Shown here: positions 35,548 through 41,514 of the stretch, in pieces
Numbering within the stretch: the stretch's first letter is position 1
How the letters are laid out: each line of letters opens with the position of its first letter
Source: Octopus bimaculoides
Lineage: Eukaryota
DNA: 41,514 nucleotides
Assembly: GCF_001194135.2 (NCBI RefSeq)
Contig: NC_068990.1
Coordinates: 82,989,238-83,030,751 of the forward strand
Direction of reading: 5' to 3'
Translations under genes and position numbers: made by a program
The notes under the pieces: generated by a model
What the model saw: the letters and a program-made list of their open reading frames with translations, nothing else
Databases searched by the model: none
What the model was told of the DNA's origin: nothing

Positions 35548-37720
35548 ACAAACACACACACTCGCACACAGGAAAACACGGGCACTCATATAACTATATA
35601 TAAATAAATGTCTGTATATGTGTATGTATATATATAAACATCATATTTATATCTCCATGTATATATACGAGTGTGTATACATTTATGTTTTGTATATACG
35701 TCCGTGTATATGTCTGTATGCATGTATACAAACATATGTGTGTGTATTTATGTGTGCTTGCGTGGATACGTATATTTGAATATACTGATAGATGCATATA
35801 TACATATATACATACACACATTCATGCATGCGTAAATGCATACGTACCTACATACGTTTATTTAGGTGTTTATATATGTGTATCTTAGAACTGTATTTAC
35901 AACGTCCATTGAGAACGTAAGCATAAACGACTACCCAGTATACATACTAAGTTATACGTAATAATACCCGTATTGCAATCCATAGTACCACATTTCTAAT
36001 TGGATGGAAAGTAGCTGTATAAGTTTTTCATACGGGCTTAAAATTCTGTGTAGAAGTACAAGCGAGTATAATTGTGATGAAAGCTTTTGTGCATCAACTG
36101 AGGTAAGAAACGGAACTAATGAGACGTGATTTAAACAATTACGAGTACCTGAACACCGCTAAGAAAGTAAATTAGGCTGCTCATTTCAGATTGTATGTGG
36201 TTTTCAGCTGAGATAATAAGGTAATATTTTATTCTAAATGTTTACCGTTCTTTCTACTGCTTAATATCAGGTGTTTTGAAATTACTTGTTGTCCAGGATT
36301 ATATCTTCTAAAAGGTCTCCTGACATTATACGAGATGATACTAAATAATAAATATGTACATGTGTCTAGTTGTGTACGTGGATGTGTATATGAGTGTATG
36401 TATGTATGTAAATACATATGAGTGTGTGTGTGTAGAAAGAGGGGCGAGTGGGAACAGGGAGGGAGAAGAGACACAGCAAACATTATATATTTGTTTGTGT
36501 GCGTACTTATTTATATACATGTGTATACATGCATACATACATACATACACACGCACACACACATACTTACACACGCACGCGCGCGCACGCACACACACAC
36601 ACATACACACATATATATATATATGTTGGATGACTTTATTTTTTTAATTTTAATTCACGATTTCGCTCTGTGTGTTTGTTTGTATGTGTGTGTGTGTGAG
36701 GGTGCGTGTGTGTGTGCGTGTGTGTGTGTGCGCGCGCGCGCGTGTTAAGTATATTATTTACTTCATGCTTTTATCCATACTCACAGTTCTGTTCGGGAAT
36801 TCAAAGTTCATTTACTGAATCAACTGCAGTTCGTGAAATGCACTTAGTTTATAGAACAAGGAAGAACGAAGAGGAGGCGCATATTAAACCTCATTGAATA
36901 TTTTATTTCGTAAATGAGTTGAGAGAAATTAATCAGAGTGGCCAATGACATGAATATGAAAACAGATACAAGAAATTGAATCTTTTTCTAAGTCCAGCTC
37001 TCTTCGCTTCGAGACGCAAGGTAGGATAACTGAGACGTTGATGATGATGTCACGCTGAGACAGAAACACGTGTTCCAGATTGTTTTCTCAATATTTTTTT
37101 TTTTATTTTCGCAACTTTGGAGGATTGTTCATTTATTAGATTGTCCTCCCCGCTTTCCCTATAGAGGTGGTCTTAGTTGCCATTTCATAATAAAAAAACA
37201 CACCCCCTAGAGGTGAAGATAATTTTAATAAATCAAGAATTTATGCGGTATAGTATACACACACGCAACCACACACATACACTCACATGTATGTATGTAT
37301 GTAAAAACAAATAGTAAATGAGTATATGCATATATACGTACAGGTATGTGCATACCGACATCCACATGTATGTATAGGTGCATATCTGGGTACAGGACAT
37401 TGCAAACAAAACGTAGACGAGAAAACACACAAGCCACATAGCGAACATTCTACTTCATCAGCTACTCACGTTTTAACACCGGCGTTTCGAAGAGCTTGGG
37501 CAGGACGCATCGTTAAAACGGCTCATCCCATGGACCGCAGATTAAATTTGTATACGCAAATTAAATCTTGCCATGGAGGAATGTATGTATGTATGTATGT
37601 ACGTATGTATATATGCATCTTTGAAACGAGATTAAAGAGGTAAATAAGTATTTAAAATTCTGACTACCTCTTTTATTTAATATATAAAATCAGATACACC
37701 ACTTCAAACAATCTATAATA

Positions 37721-37809
<89 letters not shown>

Positions 37810-37990
37810 NNNNNNNNNNNNNNNNNNNNNNNNNNNNNNNNNNNNNNNNNNNNNNNNNNNNNNNNNNNNNNNNNNNNNNNNNNNNNNNNNNNNNNNNNNN
37901 NNNNNNNNNNNNNNNNNNNNNNNNNNNNNNNNNNNNNNNNNNNNNNNNNNNNNNNNNNNNNNNNNNNNNNNNNNNNNNNNNNNNNNNNNN

Positions 37991-38034
<44 letters not shown>

Positions 38035-38039
<5 letters not shown>

Positions 38040-38260
38040 TAACGTGGTGCCGGTGGAAGTCGTGTTTATGTTAACCTAGGTTTCCCAACTCTTTGCAACA
38101 ACATGGAAGCTTTTGAAGAGAATGCTGACAATGTTTTTTGTCATTTTCGAACATCGTTATGCGGGAGTAGTGGCTTCAGCGAAATTATATCTTCTCGCTC
38201 TCTATGTTGCTCAAACAACGTAAAAGATTATGTTAAGAGAATAGATTCACCTGCACCTCA
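38035..38260 (+). mobile_element. Possible decayed hAT (Charlie-like) transposase C-terminus
   Basis: FPTL..HFRTSLCGSSGFSEI loosely resembles YP.L..PF.TSYLCE.GFS. Confidence 0.25.
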
Positions 38261-38619
38261 AATCTATTTGTTTTATTAGTTGAAGTTATATCTAACCTTT
38301 ATATCTTACCATGTAAATTATTAAAAAACATTTCCGTTTTGGAGCAGGAAGATATCTCAAATGTCGGCTTATAAATATACATCTGTTTTTTTCTTCTTAA
38401 TATATTCATTTATCAACTTTAACATTTTAAGAACTGTTCACCTGTTAATGCATTGAATCTGTTATAAAAATGTAATACATATAGAGAAGTTCATACCGAT
38501 GCATTTAACCTGTAAACCTTTATCTACATTAGACAGCTTTATCAGTTCTGTCTTTGGTGACGTTCACTTTAATATGCAGAAGCCATTGAATAGGGCATCG
38601 GGGTCAATGTGATATAATA

Positions 38620-39120
<501 letters not shown>

Positions 39121-39500
39121 GCATTCATGAAGTCATACACTGGAAAATAGTCATAGATAAATAACAAAATACGCACAGATGTAGAGAGATACAAGTTACA
39201 TACCTACCTACATCAAAACCGACAATCATACGCAGAGACATACGTAAATACATCCATTCATAGATACATCGTAGTTACTCCATCTTCACGCATGTTTGCC
39301 GTCTTTGCACCTGGAGCAAAGTATAACTGAAATTGGGTTCTAACTTAATTGGGCTAAAATTGATCACGATTACTAGGGCTATAAAAATCTGAGAAGGCTC
39401 CTTCGGATTTAACAAGATGCTTCCCTTCACACGCTTGTTAACAAGCAGGTGACCTGTAAAAATGTATTCTAAATTAAAAAGAGGAAGATGAAAATGCTTG

Positions 39501-39533
39501 CATACATACATACATACATACATACATACATAC
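39501..39533. repeat. (CATA)n microsatellite at the 5' junction of the RLE element
   Basis: Seen directly. Confidence 0.95.
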
Positions 39534-39535
39534 GT

Positions 39536-39949
39536 AAGCATAATAAGCCGGATATTTGCCAGTGGGGCAAAGGTATGCACCGTCATAGAGGTTAGCAGCC
39601 CTGCAGATATCACTTTGAAAATCAAAGAAAAAGAAGATATCTATGGACAACTGCTTCGAAACATCCATTTTCTATATCCAGACTATAAATTCATAGCAAT
39701 AGGTTTTCTTAGTAAATTCTTAAAGGAGAATCTGGATAAACTGGGATTTACAGAAAGACAATCGATCGGCTAATTCATACATTACAAGTGCAATCTGTGA
39801 GTGGAACAGTAAAAATATGCAAAACTTTTCTCAAGTTCCGAATGTGAATTTGTTCGTGTTAACTACATCCCAAAGATGGAGCCTTGTATCTTTGTTGAAA
39901 ACCGGCTGCCTCCTCAATTGAAGATTTATGATAATTTAAAAATAGAAGA
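39536..39949 (+). mobile_element. 5'-truncated RLE-type non-LTR retrotransposon (R2 superfamily): endonuclease plus 3' UTR
   Basis: KHNKPDI..VCTVIEVSSPADITLKIKEKEDIYGQLLRNIHFLYPDYKF..LDKLGF..LIHTLQVQSVSGTVKICKTFLKFRM* (stop ends at 39847). PD..E.S.P..EK..Y is the PD-(D/E)xK RLE signature. Confidence 0.88.
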
Positions 39950-40152
39950 TACATACATACATACATACATGCATGCATGCATGCATACATACGTACGTAC
40001 ATACATTCATACATACATACATTCATACATACATACATACATACATGCATGCATACATACATACATACATACATACATACATACATACATGCATACATAC
40101 ATATATATATACATACATACATATATATATACATACATACATACATACATAT
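39950..40152. repeat. (CATA)n microsatellite with variants at the 3' junction of the RLE element
   Basis: Seen directly. Confidence 0.95.
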
Positions 40153-41470
40153 GTAAAATCAGACAGAGACGTACTTGCAAATATGTATTCTGCAAGGATT
40201 TTTCTGCAAAGAAGTGCACAACTAACGTGCATTTTACAAATACAGTCTCTAAGATGAACAACAAAATTGTGTAAAGCATTTCTAAACACATCATTGTTGT
40301 TTTCCAAATTCCAATGATAGAATTTGTTAGAAAACAGCCCCTTCTTTGAAGAGTTCAATTAGGAATGTAAAAGACAGAAAAAATGCTTATATTCCCACAT
40401 ATATATACATATATATATTTATATATATANNNNNNNNNNNNNNNNNNNNNNNNNNNNNNNNNNNNNNNNNNNNNNNNNNNNNNNNNNNNNNNNNNNNNNN
40501 NNNNNNNNNNNNNNNNNNNNNNNNNNNNNNNNNNNNNNNNNNNNNNNNNNNNNNNNNNNNNNNNNNNNNNNNNNNNNNNNNNNNNNNNNNNNNNNNNNNN
40601 NNNNNNNNNNNNNNNNNNNNNNNNNNNNNNNNNNNNNNNNNNNNNNNNNNNNNNNNNNNNNNNNNNNNTATATATATATATATATATATATATATGCATA
40701 TACATGCTCATAAAGATACACAAGGACTTATACACGGAATCAAGCAGAGCTGTACAAATACAAAGATACATACATGTAAAAAGTATAGACGAAAATAGGA
40801 TATAAATGGATAGATTAGTAAACAGGTATAAAGATAACAGATACGTACATGCATTAATAATTATTTACATAATTATCTATGGATGTACTTTTGTGTATAG
40901 GTGTGTATATTTATGCAAGTGTCTGTTTGCAGAAACAACCTAGAAAGAGGGGGGAGGAGAGAGAGTGGTAGGGATAGAAAGAATAATGACAACATGAAAA
41001 CGTATAGAGTAATATCTAGAGCAGAATAGAGAAATAGACGTGTTATCAAAAAAGCCAGGATAACCAATATCACAAAACACACACACAGACACGGACGCGG
41101 GAAGAGTGTGTAAGTGTGTGATTATATAGTTAGGCAAGCAGTCAGATAGATGAATAATTAGGTACACTGATATATGCACTGGCAGACACACAACTAGGCA
41201 AATAAATAAACAAAAGTTAAGTCCAGCAGATGGTATCAAAGATGAATATACTATGTAAATAATTCATGGAGAGAGAAAGGTAGGAAGAAAGGCAGAATTC
41301 ATAATGGAAGTACACATCTATCACATGATTTGCTAGAAAAACAAATTGATATACTAGAATAGGCATACTTAATTAGTTTCGACAAACATTGAATTACATG
41401 TGTATGAATGCACGTGTGTAAGTGCGTATATGTACGCATGTAAAGCCATAAAATCTGGTGGCATGGAAGA

Positions 41471-41514
<44 letters not shown>

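Noticed and set aside
37469-37576. Double hairpin as an H/ACA snoRNA
   Set aside because: No ANANNA H box in the hinge and no ACA tail on either strand. Kept only as a generic structured-element finding.
39275-39452. Minus-strand open frame after a good acceptor (TTTTTACAG), GHLLVNKRVKGSILLNPKEPS...
   Set aside because: No recognisable homology or compatible neighbouring exon. It may be decayed TE sequence; it needs a check because it flanks the CATA junction.

Overview
AT-rich, microsatellite-dense eukaryotic DNA with 11 assembly gaps, nearly all flanked by simple repeats. The tRNA-like SINE families I recognise from memory point to an Octopus (coleoid cephalopod) genome, probably a short-read assembly; this is inference, not a database result. 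I found no intact gene, tRNA, rRNA or CRISPR array. Almost every ORF in the supplied track is a microsatellite or gap artefact. What can be supported: about 15 SINE copies or fragments of two families; decayed non-LTR retrotransposon fragments of several clades (four RTE/APE-type, Tx1/L1-type, two restriction-like-endonuclease (RLE) types); a possible hAT end; and many simple repeats. Best leads: (1) a 5'-truncated RLE retrotransposon bracketed by same-phase (CATA)n arrays, suggesting microsatellite-targeted insertion; (2) a telomere-like repeat sitting in frame inside an RTE endonuclease, with an inverted partner about 250 bp away; (3) close inverted SINE pairs that could form dsRNA/ADAR substrates; (4) an RTE C-terminus with tandem C2H2 fingers; (5) a double hairpin in an exon-like frame; (6) a speculative plus-strand exon chain. 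All translations and alignments were done by eye.
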